DNA from: Lytechinus pictus
Lineage: Eukaryota
DNA: 64,000 nt
Assembly (NCBI RefSeq): GCF_037042905.1
Contig: NC_087253.1
Span: 18,724,001-18,788,000 of the forward strand
Direction: 5' to 3'
A program made the position numbers and the translations under genes. Of the stretch, positions 53,101 to 60,677 are shown in pieces. The notes under the pieces are model-generated. The model worked only from the letters and a program-made list of their open reading frames with translations, was not told the origin of the DNA and did no database searches. Within the stretch, counting starts at the first letter, position 1, and the number at the start of each line of letters is the position of its first letter.

Positions 53101-54627
53101 GGGGGGCAACAAAGGTCTTCAAGCTCGTCAGGGGGGGGGGGGCATAAAAGGTCTTTCAAGCTCATCAGGGGGGGGCAGTGATATGTATTTTGCATGGGTT
53201 TTGGCTCGTCAGGGGGGGCACTCTGCCCCCCCCCCCCGTATGTACGCTAGTGCTAAGAGGAGCAAACATAAAAAATAGGGGTTCATTTGCTCGTTTTCAA
53301 ACTATCAGAACCTTTATTAGAACACCAAAATCGCTCCAAATGCTTTGCATCTATGTGAGGAAATATTCCAAACCACTCTACCATTTTATTCAAACTCGGG
53401 GTCATATTCGTAATACTTTGCAGCACTGCAGAGTAAAGTATTTTTAAATTGTAGAGGTATTTATCTGATCAACCTCAACTATGGAAAGCCAACTATGCCA
53501 ACATGTAATCTGCAAGTTTGTTCAAAATATTTTCCAGATATAATGTATATTTATACATTCATTGCTTTCTTGAAAATTCAGTGTGCTTCTATAACAAAGG
53601 ACATTTCATGTAGTAAAAATTATGTTATTGATGGATTTCCATATACCTGAGGTTGATTGGATCAATCGTAACTCTTTGTAAGACGGGGCCCAGGCCTGAT
53701 TAATTTATGATGGTGGTCCCCAAGTCTGCGCGCCTAACAGTTTGAGTTAATATTTAACATGAATGACTTTTTTCTTTCACAACATCTTATATTCATAATG
53801 TTCCTTATATTATTATGAGTAAGTGTACCAAATATCTCATAAAAATTTGAAAGAAATATAGGATTTTCTTGGAAAAAGCCTCGGGCTGTCATTTTCAGAT
53901 TGAAAAAAAAAATGGTACCCCATGTCTGCGCACCCATTCACTTTGCACACGATTCGGGAATTTTGATGAGAAAGGCTGCAGTTTGAGGCCGTCACATGAA
54001 ATGCCCAAAATTCATTATTTTTCCACCATTTTGAGTCAGATTTTTCAATGAATATCTATGTATTGCATGTGTACAGTCTGTGTTCGTTGCGTATCTTCTT
54101 TTACTAGAATCGCGCAGATACGCATGTGCGCAGACTTGGGGGAACTTGCCATACTCCTTGAATATTGCACAGAAAATAGTGAAATCTGAAATACATTTTT
54201 GAACAATTTTTGGTACATAATAAGACTGAGAATACTCTGAACAGGCGTCGTTTTCACAAACTTGTTTTTCCCTTTTGAATCAATTCACAAATATCACCAT
54301 ACCTTTGAAAGGTATTAATAATCACTCATTCATATTTTGCATGCTTAACATTTTCTCTTCTCTTTTTATTTGCCTTCTTCTCTTCCCCTTTTTATCCCCT
54401 ATTAATTAATTTATCAATTACATTACTTAATTTATCTATTATTTATTTATTGCTTTGGGAAATGTTTGGAGGCACGACAGTATCCCACAGCCCGCTTCCA
54501 GGCTACAGGCTTTATACGATGAGTGATGGGGGGGGGGGGTCTCACCTGTGGTGCCCCATACCCTGGCTGTATGGAACCCGATCACCAACACGGTGATGGC
54601 TCCAACGAAGTTGATCATAGGCCCCAT
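507..54627 (-). CDS. Giant MUC4-like mucin (signal peptide, PTS repeat, NIDO, AMOP, VWD, cadherin-like, EGF, SEA-like, cbEGF array); 30 coding exons in window, 3' end outside window
   Basis: Each exon listed below has a canonical AG acceptor and GT donor, and intron phases match consecutively. The spliced frame is 19,057 nt with no stop. Motifs read directly: VLVTWEN and [12 protein letters not shown] (NIDO), CDNW..CPC..D.RY and CC..C..Y..RRP..C..Y.PP (AMOP), [20 protein letters not shown] and GLLG (VWD), D(I/F/M)(D/N)EC (cbEGF). Confidence 0.92.
988..1110 (-). CDS. Exon 29: cbEGF type A3 ([25 protein letters not shown]...)
   Basis: TACAG acceptor, GTAAGT donor. Confidence 0.92.
1582..1707 (-). 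CDS. Exon 28: cbEGF type B2
   Basis: CGCAG acceptor, GTAAGA donor, near-identical to exon 26. Confidence 0.92.
2406..2528 (-). CDS. Exon 27: cbEGF type A2 ([16 protein letters not shown]...), chimeric
   Basis: TACAG acceptor, GTAAGT donor. Confidence 0.92.
3027..3152 (-). CDS. Exon 26: cbEGF type B1 ([26 protein letters not shown]...)
   Basis: CGCAG acceptor, GTAAGA donor. Confidence 0.92.
4104..4226 (-). CDS. Exon 25: cbEGF type A1 ([25 protein letters not shown]...)
   Basis: TACAG acceptor, GTAAGT donor. Confidence 0.92.
4836..4958 (-). CDS. Exon 24: cbEGF ([28 protein letters not shown]...)
   Basis: TTCAG acceptor, GTAAAA donor. Confidence 0.92.
5837..6006. mobile_element. Palindromic MITE family P copy
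   Basis: ~65-bp inverted arms gtttcataaagctgttcgtaag / cttacgaacagctttattaaac. Confidence 0.88.
6170..6398 (-). CDS. Exon 23: SEA-like module, second half (VLYQLNG...GLVDFRI...TATDIQSAF...)
   Basis: TACAG acceptor, GTATGA donor, phase 0-1, GC-richer than flanks. Confidence 0.85.
7170..7273 (-). CDS. Exon 22: SEA-like module, first half ([15 protein letters not shown]...NRDRLADD)
   Basis: TATAG acceptor, GTAAGC donor, phase 1-0, which is required to bridge exon 21 to exon 23. Confidence 0.83.
7709..7867. mobile_element. Short MITE ending ~9 bp from the exon 21 donor
   Basis: Imperfect TIR gggagcttttca / tgaaaaactcccc. Confidence 0.55.
7877..8005 (-). CDS. Exon 21: cbEGF ([12 protein letters not shown]...)
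   Basis: TTCCAG acceptor, GTAAGC donor. Confidence 0.92.
8611..8739 (-). CDS. Exon 20: cbEGF ([29 protein letters not shown]...)
   Basis: TTGCAG acceptor, GTACAA donor. Confidence 0.92.
8895..9135 (+). mobile_element. 5'-truncated SINE
   Basis: Core ctcgacccaggtgctaaatgggtacc, tail gtaaagtgcttagac...tatataaa. Confidence 0.65.
9233..9565. mobile_element. hAT-like non-autonomous element
   Basis: TIR catggccctgggaa / ttcccagagccctg; flanks taaacaag / gtaacaag (degenerate 8-bp TSD). Confidence 0.65.
10219..10314 (-). CDS. Exon 19: truncated 4-Cys EGF-like ([32 protein letters not shown])
   Basis: TTGCAG acceptor, GTAAGA donor, phase 1-1, 96 bp. Confidence 0.8.
10642..10767 (-). CDS. Exon 18: cbEGF ([19 protein letters not shown]...)
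   Basis: TTTAG acceptor, GTAGGA donor, 6 Cys. Confidence 0.92.
11070..11335. mobile_element. hAT-like non-autonomous element, 8-bp TSD accggctt
   Basis: TIR cagtggcgtacc / ggtacgctagtg; exact TSD at 11062-11069 and 11336-11343; internal ctcgtcaggggg repeats. Confidence 0.9.
11916..12099 (-). CDS. Exon 17: EGF end plus EGF ([12 protein letters not shown]...CAGNPCY...[15 protein letters not shown])
   Basis: CTCAG acceptor, GTAGGC donor, phase 0-1. Confidence 0.92.
12171..12420 (-). mobile_element. tRNA-derived SINE, related to the 23134 copy
   Basis: Reverse complement of the B box region and of the cacctgggtcgagtgcagcaca core. Confidence 0.75.
12876..13060 (-). CDS. Exon 16: cadherin-like second half plus EGF start (DGNFEWTP...CSCFNDGEC)
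   Basis: TGCAG acceptor, GTAGGT donor, phase 1-0. Confidence 0.88.
13325..13550. repeat. ~42-bp intronic minisatellite, about 5-6 copies
   Basis: Unit approx. cagttcactccaga.gg.ttataatgcactctataagg.tta. Confidence 0.85.
13725..13913 (-). CDS. Exon 15: cadherin/Ig-like repeat, first half (NFPPNIT...[12 protein letters not shown])
   Basis: CTCCAG acceptor, GTAAAT donor, phase 1-1. Confidence 0.88.
14060..15180. repeat. Degenerate CACACTGT-rich tandem repeat/satellite
   Basis: Recurrent cacactgt / acagtgtg / atcacatttccatgcagt blocks; 14317-14460 is nearly identical to 14630-14775. Confidence 0.8.
15283..15650. mobile_element. MITE with internal CCCTAA-like motifs (host of the nested insertion)
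   Basis: Homologous to the uninterrupted copy at 60484-60677. Confidence 0.75.
15455..15610. mobile_element. MITE family P copy nested within the CCCTAA-containing MITE
   Basis: Same arms as the 5837 copy. Confidence 0.85.
15724..15972 (-). CDS. Exon 14: post-VWD Cys module (SLFEY...YTPSF...[11 protein letters not shown])
   Basis: TGCAG acceptor, GTATCG donor, phase 1-1. Confidence 0.9.
16249..16362 (-). CDS. Exon 13: VWD end ([15 protein letters not shown]...IYPFGQSW)
   Basis: ATCAG acceptor, GTAAGT donor, phase 1-1, typical VWD C-terminal F.xSW. Confidence 0.9.
16719..17263. mobile_element. Foldback/MITE-like element with ~180-bp inverted arms
   Basis: 16719-16895 is the approximate reverse complement of 17083-17263. 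Confidence 0.8.
17457..17657 (-). CDS. Exon 12: VWD (...[22 protein letters not shown])
   Basis: Polypyrimidine tract plus CCAAG acceptor, GTAAGT donor, phase 1-1. Confidence 0.88.
19458..19583. repeat. (ATT/GTT)n imperfect microsatellite; a second one lies at ~19935-20075
   Basis: Direct reading. Confidence 0.9.
19622..19712 (-). CDS. Exon 11: VWD ([18 protein letters not shown]...)
   Basis: TACAG acceptor, GTATGT donor, phase 0-1. Confidence 0.87.
20460..20665 (-). CDS. Exon 10: VWD start with GDPH ([25 protein letters not shown])
   Basis: TTTAG acceptor, GTAAAC donor, phase 1-0. Confidence 0.93.
20749..21239. mobile_element. TTAA-flanked Kolobok-like non-autonomous element (same family as 31900-32483)
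   Basis: Ends aggaaaatgaaacctttg / caaaggttcattcccct, TTAA on both sides. Confidence 0.75.
21510..21629 (-). CDS. Exon 9: AMOP end (DFLPRFHCC...[21 protein letters not shown])
   Basis: ACACAG acceptor, GTAAGT donor, phase 1-1. Confidence 0.9.
22838..22982. mobile_element. 145-bp hairpin MITE
   Basis: ~49-bp arms accgtgtttacacagtgactcgg...gagccgtg with one mismatch. Confidence 0.85.
23072..23129. repeat. (AT)n microsatellite
   Basis: Direct reading. Confidence 0.98.
23134..23416 (+). mobile_element. tRNA-derived SINE inserted in an (AT)n tract
   Basis: A box tggcccagtcg, B box ggttcaaatcc, core ctcgacccaggtg...tgggtacc, (TTA)n tail. Confidence 0.85.
25903..26061 (-). CDS. Exon 8: AMOP middle ([19 protein letters not shown]...)
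   Basis: CACACAG acceptor, GTAAGG donor, phase 1-1, 159 bp. Confidence 0.8.
   Translation of the reverse strand, partial: RVRSCADRVEGPFSGVLTGATTSCHSYLGTPLVTRGGQLITRHTVIIPSDYG
27243..27432 (-). CDS. Exon 7: NIDO end and AMOP start (FCDNWY...[14 protein letters not shown])
   Basis: TTCCAG acceptor, GTAAAT donor, phase 0-1. Confidence 0.9.
27740..27958 (-). CDS. Exon 6: NIDO core [12 protein letters not shown]...IIGFN
   Basis: CACAG acceptor, GTAAAT donor, 73 codons, resembles the NIDO NTFQAVL.TDG motif. Confidence 0.9.
28626..28799 (-). CDS. Exon 5: NIDO VFESSTD...[12 protein letters not shown]
   Basis: AAAG acceptor, GTAAGT donor, 58 codons, NIDO xxVTW motif. Confidence 0.88.
29070..29745. 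repeat. CACACTGT-rich repeat, apparently the opposite-orientation relative of 14060-15180
   Basis: Same motifs (cacactgt, gtgttcacatag, gtgaaga). Confidence 0.6.
29767..30272. mobile_element. Three adjacent palindromic MITEs (~29767-29947 family P, ~29953-30123 related, ~30126-30272 different)
   Basis: Each has its own terminal inverted repeats: gtttcgtaaagctg/cagctttatggaac, gtgtttcat/atgaaacac, gttgcagaaaga/tctttgtgcaac. Confidence 0.8.
30310..30492 (-). CDS. Exon 4: NIDO-region [10 protein letters not shown]...[10 protein letters not shown]...IYHQ
   Basis: CCAG acceptor, GTACAA donor, phase 0-0, 61 codons. Confidence 0.85.
30571..31018. mobile_element. MITE with TIR gggcgattccat
   Basis: Perfect 12-bp TIR, ATAT on both flanks. 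Confidence 0.75.
31280..31470. repeat. (GAA/GGA)n polypurine tract
   Basis: Direct reading. Confidence 0.9.
31569..32750. mobile_element. TTAA-flanked Kolobok-like element (outer)
   Basis: AG...CT termini, long imperfect TIR aggtcaagtccacccca / tggggtgaacttgtcct, TTAA TSD. A degraded copy lies at ~35224-35619. Confidence 0.82.
31900..32483. mobile_element. TTAA-flanked Kolobok-like element (inner, nested)
   Basis: TIR aggagaatgaaac / gtttcattctcct, TTAA TSD at 31896-31899 and 32484-32487. Confidence 0.85.
32782..33581. mobile_element. PIF/Harbinger-like MITE with subterminal aatcatgatt palindromes
   Basis: TIR ggctgcgtttat / ataaacgcaccc, 3-bp flanks TTG. Confidence 0.75.
34585..34850 (+). 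mobile_element. tRNA-derived SINE
   Basis: A box tggccgagtgg, B box ggttcgatccc, followed by body gtgcccttgagcaaggca; 3' end approximate. Confidence 0.7.
34907..35046 (-). CDS. Exon 3: pre-NIDO segment [11 protein letters not shown]...[14 protein letters not shown]
   Basis: TTTCAG acceptor, GTAAGT donor, phase 1-0, open frame. Confidence 0.82.
35998..50685 (-). CDS. Exon 2: 14,688-bp mucin PTS tandem-repeat exon (4,896 codons, phase 1-1)
   Basis: Matches the 4902-aa ORF. Acceptor CAACATAG ends at 50686 and donor G|GTATG is at 35997. Composition is S/T-rich with P, I, M, E. Confidence 0.93.
36350..50410. repeat. Coding tandem repeat: 39-bp (13-aa) monomer organised into ~936-bp higher-order units
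   Basis: Monomer gatggtgtcattgatgatgaccctaaggatgaagtgata; marker gttgcactaattg recurs 14 times. Confidence 0.97.
51224..52554. mobile_element. Tc1/mariner-like non-autonomous element with ~290-bp TIRs
   Basis: TA-cagtg...cactg-TA; 51224-51505 is the imperfect inverse of 52268-52554. Confidence 0.8.
52909..53252. mobile_element. hAT-like element of the same family, 8-bp TSD ctaagagg
   Basis: Same ends as 11070-11335; exact TSD at 52901-52908 and 53253-53260. Confidence 0.9.
53718..54141. mobile_element. MITE with TIR ccccaagtctgcgc
   Basis: 14-bp perfect inverted ends. Confidence 0.55.
54546..54627 (-). CDS. Coding exon 1: signal peptide [27 protein letters not shown] (the exon probably starts at 54674 with 5' UTR)
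   Basis: ATG in strong context (AGGATGG), hydrophobic core and V-W-G cleavage-like site. Donor G|GTGAG at 54545 is phase 1 and joins the giant exon in frame. Acceptor TTTATGCAG ends at 54675. Confidence 0.8.
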
Positions 54628-55349
54628 CCTTGAGGGCGCCCTTCCACCTCGTCGTAGGATAACTCCACCAGCTCCTGCATAAATATACAAATGAATAAGC
54701 ACAGATGTTTGTTATATATAGTTAAGTAAAAATTAAGGGACAATATCGTATTTTATGATTATCTTTATTTGTCATGGATTAATTTCATGAAAATGTACAC
54801 TGCTGCAGTTACATTCAATAATTCCATATTGGTGATATGACTCTTAGCCATCCACCATATTGCTCAACCCCTCCCCCCCCCCCTCCTAAGAAAACACCAT
54901 GCAGTTGTATTGAAATTTAGGCCATGCTTGTAGCCCCATATATGACATATATCCAAGACTTCTCCATTTGGGGGTAGGGTGGGGGTCAGCAAATATGATT
55001 AATATAAGCATTTTAAGAAAAAAGCTCAATAGAACACAGAATTTGGGATAATTTAGACGAGAGGATCTGGTCACCCCGTTGGTTGACGAAAATCATATTT
55101 GCCCAAACCGGGAAACCGGTATTGAATTGCATTTCAATTATCTTTCTAAAATACAATTGTTTTTGCATTAGTTTACGCATGCGTCACACACACCGTGAAC
55201 TGTTCTTTTAATCGACCATGCGGACAGGTTTTGACAAAGTGCAAAATACAGTCATATTGATCAACTTCAGAAGTTTCAGAATTGGGCGGGAAGAATTAGG
55301 CCCTATTCTTCGAGTCAAGCCTTATGAACATAAATCAATTCATCTCATT

Positions 55350-56000
55350 CACATTACGTTGAAGTGGGAAACTCTAAAGTCTCGTCGTAAGAGACAAATG
55401 TAAGAATTATTGTTTAAAACATTCCATAGGCTAAAGCCCGAATATATTACTGACAAATTTGTTTTTAGTGGAAATTGTTATGGGTTGAGATCTAATTCAA
55501 ACCTAATGCTTCCCAAACCAAAAACAAATCAGTGTAAACGTATATTATTACATCGTGGATCTGTATTATACAATGAACTACCACTTAAGCTACGTCGACT
55601 GGACACGCTTAATATATTAAATAAACACGTTCAGGAATTTTTATCATTTCGATATTTAAAACCCGCAATCCCTTATTCACTGTTATACAACATTAATCGA
55701 TGCAATAACATAATAAATTGGGTGTTTTGGCGATCAACAGTTAGATGGATGGGTTTAGAGGAAGGGGGGGGGGGGTATTTTCACAATAGCTCTATGGGAT
55801 CTTTTAACCATACTTAGATTTAGTTTGAAGGGATATTTTAACCATAATTTAGATTTAGTTTGAAATTGTATTTTATGTAATAACTATGTTTTGTTATACC
55901 ATTGTTTATGTATAATTATTATCATTTTTGGACCCCATGAAAGAACAGAGCTTTTATGTTCAACAGAGCTGATATGGGCTACCCAACCGTATTATATAAT
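55350..56000 (+). mobile_element. LINE 3' fragment (ORF2 C-terminus)
   Basis: LKWETLKSRR...MFK..H.LKPEYI...YGLRS...LPKPKTN...YNELP pattern typical of CR1/L2-group ORF2 tails. Confidence 0.75.
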
Positions 56001-57141
56001 TATTATTGTTTTGTAAGTTATTGTGTTGTGTTTTATGAATTCGGAAATCAAACAATCAGCTCCGCATTTCCAATTTCCCTTTATCTCTATTATCCTTCCC
56101 GAGAGCGTTTGTATCCAAAAACAAGTTTTATCATACAATCGATATAAATGATGGCAAATTGTGGAGGTGTCGTGGTCTATCTTCAATTCTAATAAATGGA
56201 AATGCTATACGCATCCTTCGTAACTATATGTGCGCCTATATGTAAGTCAATATTACTTGAATTGACGTTTTCTCTTTTCTACTTCGATTAATGTTGATTG
56301 CTGGTAGTGTTTGTGCATGTGAATGACTGCCCCTTTCTCTTAATTAGTATGTTATATCATTCATTTTGTAAAAAAGATAATTTCAATACTATTGTCAGGT
56401 CGTTTTAATCTGTGTCTATTGAAACTGAATTACTCGGTAAAAACCTCCCTTCCGCGACTGAATAACCGCAACTGTTTTCAAAGAAGATACAAAATTTCAA
56501 CAGACGTGGGGAAAATATAATTTAGCATTTCAATGGGAGGAATGTTTGGCGTTACGCCCTTCACTGTCGTATATACATGTATGTGAGCTTGTTGAACCGT
56601 ATTTCTTTTCATCGGTCCTATTGAGACAAATATGGAGCAGCATTGCCACTAACACTAAACAGGAAACAGCCTTGAGATCCTAAAGTAGAGGCCAAATCCA
56701 TCTTAACAACAAGTCTAATCAAATAAGTATGATAATATGAATATACATAACACCGATATTAGTTAATATTTAGTTTTTAAAAAATTACGCTGAAAACGAG
56801 GTGATTGAAAATGAGAGAAGCGATGATGCCATACTCGAATTATAACAATAATCGAGAAAAAGAATATGATGATTCATGATTTAGCATGTTCTATGAAAAA
56901 CAAACTGTGCAGGAAAAATTGAAATATTTTTTTAACAGGTGCACACCAGGTTACCAATAATGCATATTGCATTTCCATTTATTTGAAAGCAGGATAAAGA
57001 GGGTAGTACATGAAATGCCTTGTTCACGGGCATAGGTGCCGCGGCCAGGGATCGATTGATATTTAGTACGATTACAACTAACATTGCATCAGTACTATTG
57101 GAAATTTGCACTCTCATTGACATACTGCCTGAGTTAATTAA

Positions 57142-58007
57142 AGACCCTGACCGGTGTAAAAACAATCATATATCAAAATAAAGGTAATGATTCATACAAT
57201 ATGAATATACCAAAAATATTACATATATCTCCTTCCAATAGTTAAAAATATTAAACAAAAATCAAAGAAACTGCTCCTCCAAAGTACGCTTCGATTGAGC
57301 ACCCCCACGTCGCCTGGAAATGATGACGTCACGTTGTGTCAGGAGGGTTGTGATTCCATAGGTTTGTGTACAAAAGCATTGGGTATTTTCTTCCATTTCC
57401 ATGTTATGAATCCATTTTTTTTTTCGTTTTCAGATGAAAATGGCACTCAAAATTATTCACTGTTCAAATTGTTGTAAACCTACAACTATTCACTACCTTT
57501 TTTGTGATTTCTTTGTTTGGCTCTTATTGGGCCTAAATTGCTATGTCAGGAAAAGTTGTTATACATAATCTAAATGCAGATAGAATTGAAATCTGCGCCA
57601 AATAAGCAGGAAATAAAATATGGCAAAAACTAGTTCAAAACTGCAGATTTCATAAATTCAAGCTTGTGGGTAAAAATATATGTGATATCCCTCTGTGATA
57701 GAAGTGAAGAGAATGAAATGCGTTATCTGGAAAGCAAAAAAATCACCCAGTTTTTCTGTGTACAAACCTATGGAATCACGACGCTTCTTACACAACGTGA
57801 CGTCACGGTCTCGAGGCAGGTGAAAAGCACAATAAAGCCTATTTTCTAAGCGGGGTTCGAAACCCGATAATTGGAATATTCTTAAGCAAAATACTCAGCT
57901 GGGAAGCGGTGAAAATGCATAAAGCATACCTTGGTGTATTTAGTAGCTTATAAGCTTTCGATTGGTATATAATTTATCAATTTTATTTTCGGGTCCGGTC
58001 TGGATCT
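57142..58007. mobile_element. TTAA-flanked Kolobok-like element
   Basis: TIR agaccctgaccgg / ccggtctggatct, TTAA on both sides, internal inverted pair 57324-57383 / 57746-57805. Confidence 0.75.
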
Positions 58008-58699
58008 TTAAGCTAAAATCCATGAAATACGGTTTGTGAATTTAAGCAAACACTTTGAAATTGCCGCAGGTGTGTTACTTTACAGCTGATTTTGATAGAA
58101 ATTTCATTGTTATGTTTGTTTCGTTTCCTTTATTCATTTAAGTCAACTTGTTGTTTGTGTTAACATCGCCTTCAACCTTCAACCCATCGTATTTTGAACA
58201 CACAGAGGGCCTTTCATAAGGTCAGACACAATCTTCTTTTGCCCCTGAAATTGGCAGCAGTTATTAATTTTCTGTGCGTTTATATACTTTGGAAAAAAAA
58301 ACACAAATTATAAATAAAACATGAGCTGAAAAGTTGCAAATTTGCATTCAACCAGTGATTCTGGTGTTTTGATCATGTAGCCAATTTAGAACGTGTAATG
58401 ATTAGCATTAGACCAATCGACTTTTAATTCAGGAACGACACTGCATGCTGTACGGGCAATTGTATCATTTCTTTCGACAAATTCTAACAATATTCCATTT
58501 GTAATTGCGAGCATTGAGGATAATGAGAAACGTTCAGAGTCTTCTAAGACACTCTACACACTACGAATTTGAACACTATTGTTTTGTACAATAGCAGCAC
58601 CCCGATAGGACGCTAAAGGGTGTAATTATATTGTTCTTTTAAGGCTGTCGATAGCGACATTAAGTTAGTGAACCCCACCAGAAAAGCGACAAATTTAAA

Positions 58700-59720
58700 G
58701 TGTTCAGTTCATTTATTTTCCATTAAAAACTCAATCAAAATAAAAACATACAAAATTCATGAATAGAAATCGCAAGCATAGCTTGCGAGGACGGGGCCCT
58801 GTACAATAATTGACAAAACAAAACAGAATCTTAGATTATTAAAGTGTAAAGCAGATAAAAAGAAAACATGCCTCATACACTTACACAATCACACCACCAT
58901 ACCAACACACACCCATATGCAGAACATTGAGAAGTTAACAGAGTAAGAGAGGAAGGAAGCGATAGCGGGAGAGAAAAAAGAAAAGGAGAGATAGGGAGAA
59001 AGAAAGAGGGAAGCCGAGAGAGATCGAGAGGGGAGGGAGAAAGAACGCCCTCGACTCAGTGAACATCAAACGTTTTAACAATAATTGTTTACATAAGCCT
59101 TTGTATCAAGTTAAAAGTTGAAGAATATTTGTAAGGTGACGAATTCCAATCATGAACACCCTGAAATCTTACTGTATGTTGGGTTAATGAGGTATGTGCA
59201 AAAGAAATAAGAAATTTTGATTTGTTTCTGGTCTCATAGGAATGATGAAAAACAATTTGTTTTAAACATATTACATATTGATGGGAGCTCTTTTTTATTT
59301 AGGAAAATTGAACATGAATATTAAATTGTTTACTGTAACAAGATCAAAAACTGGCAATTATTGTAGGTCACAAAACAGAGGAGTACTTGGTGTCATGTTG
59401 TTAGAATGAGTAATAATATGGACAGCACGTTTTTTAAGAATATGAATTTTATATAAGTGTGTCTTGTAAGAGTTGCCCCACATCATATTACCATTGATTT
59501 GTGGTAATATTATACTGTTGTAAATAGTTAATAAAATATGTTTTGGCAGTGCGTTTCTAAAGTGTGTTATAATATCAACCCCCTTGAGATTTTAGAACAA
59601 ACGTGAGAAATGTGGTGAGACCAATCAAGTGATTCATGAAGTTTGATGCCTAAAAATTCTACAATATCAGATTTCGTAAGAATATAATTTTTAATATACA
59701 CAAGGAAACTTGACAAGAAA
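58700..59720 (-). mobile_element. Decayed LINE 3' end (post-RT region plus 3' UTR)
   Basis: Minus-strand translation gives FLGIKLHESLDWSHHISHVCSKIS, LPKHILLTIYNSII, KRAVHII, HSYETRN, FQGVHDWN, with frameshifts. Confidence 0.8.
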
Positions 59721-60483
59721 CTTTTTTCTGTTCAAGTTCGGCTATGTTTCAGATATTTGATTGTGAAGTCAGGTGATAAATTATTACATTCAATAAAGTT
59801 GAGTGGGTTTTTTTTTGGGTGGGGCTCGCTGAAGAAATAGTGTGGTTGTGTACATTCAACACTGCTGCATAAAGGAATTGAGTGCATTTTGTGTTGGGGT
59901 TCAATAAATTTTTAGCCCAACTGTAAGTACTTTATAGGATGTAGAAATAAAACATGCCTATTTCATTTGAAACTTTCTAAACTTCAAGTATTATTTGATG
60001 ACAAGTTTCACATTTAATGGTGCACACGAACATTTCTTGTTTTAAAGGGTAATAAGGACTTGAGTTTTTGCACCTTTTAATACCTAGGTTGCAAGATTAC
60101 ATCCCAAATGGTGCCACCAAACTTTCATTTAGGGAGCAAGCATTTCTTAGTGTGTACCATTTGGAGCTAACCACAGCATCCCGTATGATTTTTTTCTTTA
60201 GAAATATATATTGATAAAGTTCAAGTTGCTTGGAACGAGAAAGGCTGTATCATATCGTATAGTAACCTCAAATACAATTGAGTAATCATCGGGTCAAGGA
60301 GCACAATTACAGCAAGACCATTGTCCATTCCAAAATATGGCACAGTTCTAATGAGTAATTATGTCCGCTATTACATATATCATTATCTCGTATTACAAAA
60401 GATCAAAAGATGCATTCACGATTTGAAATGGGGCGCATGGGTGTCGGTCGGTACTCAAGGCTGGGATTCGGGAGGGGAGGTCA

Positions 60484-60677
60484 GTGTTCTATGACATTTG
60501 CTCCGGCGACAATTGCTCCTCTGCAAAGTCCACACATTAATAGAATGACCAACTTCATTCCAGATTTAACACTGGCCTATTCTTAACCTAACCCTAAACC
60601 TTACAGAAAACCCTAACCCTATATCTAAGACGAAATACAGCCCAGGGCATTTGTCACAGGAGCAAATGGGTGTCACC
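60484..60677. mobile_element. MITE with internal CCCTAA-like motifs
   Basis: Inverted ends catttgctcc / ggagcaaatg; homologous to 15283-15650. Confidence 0.7.
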
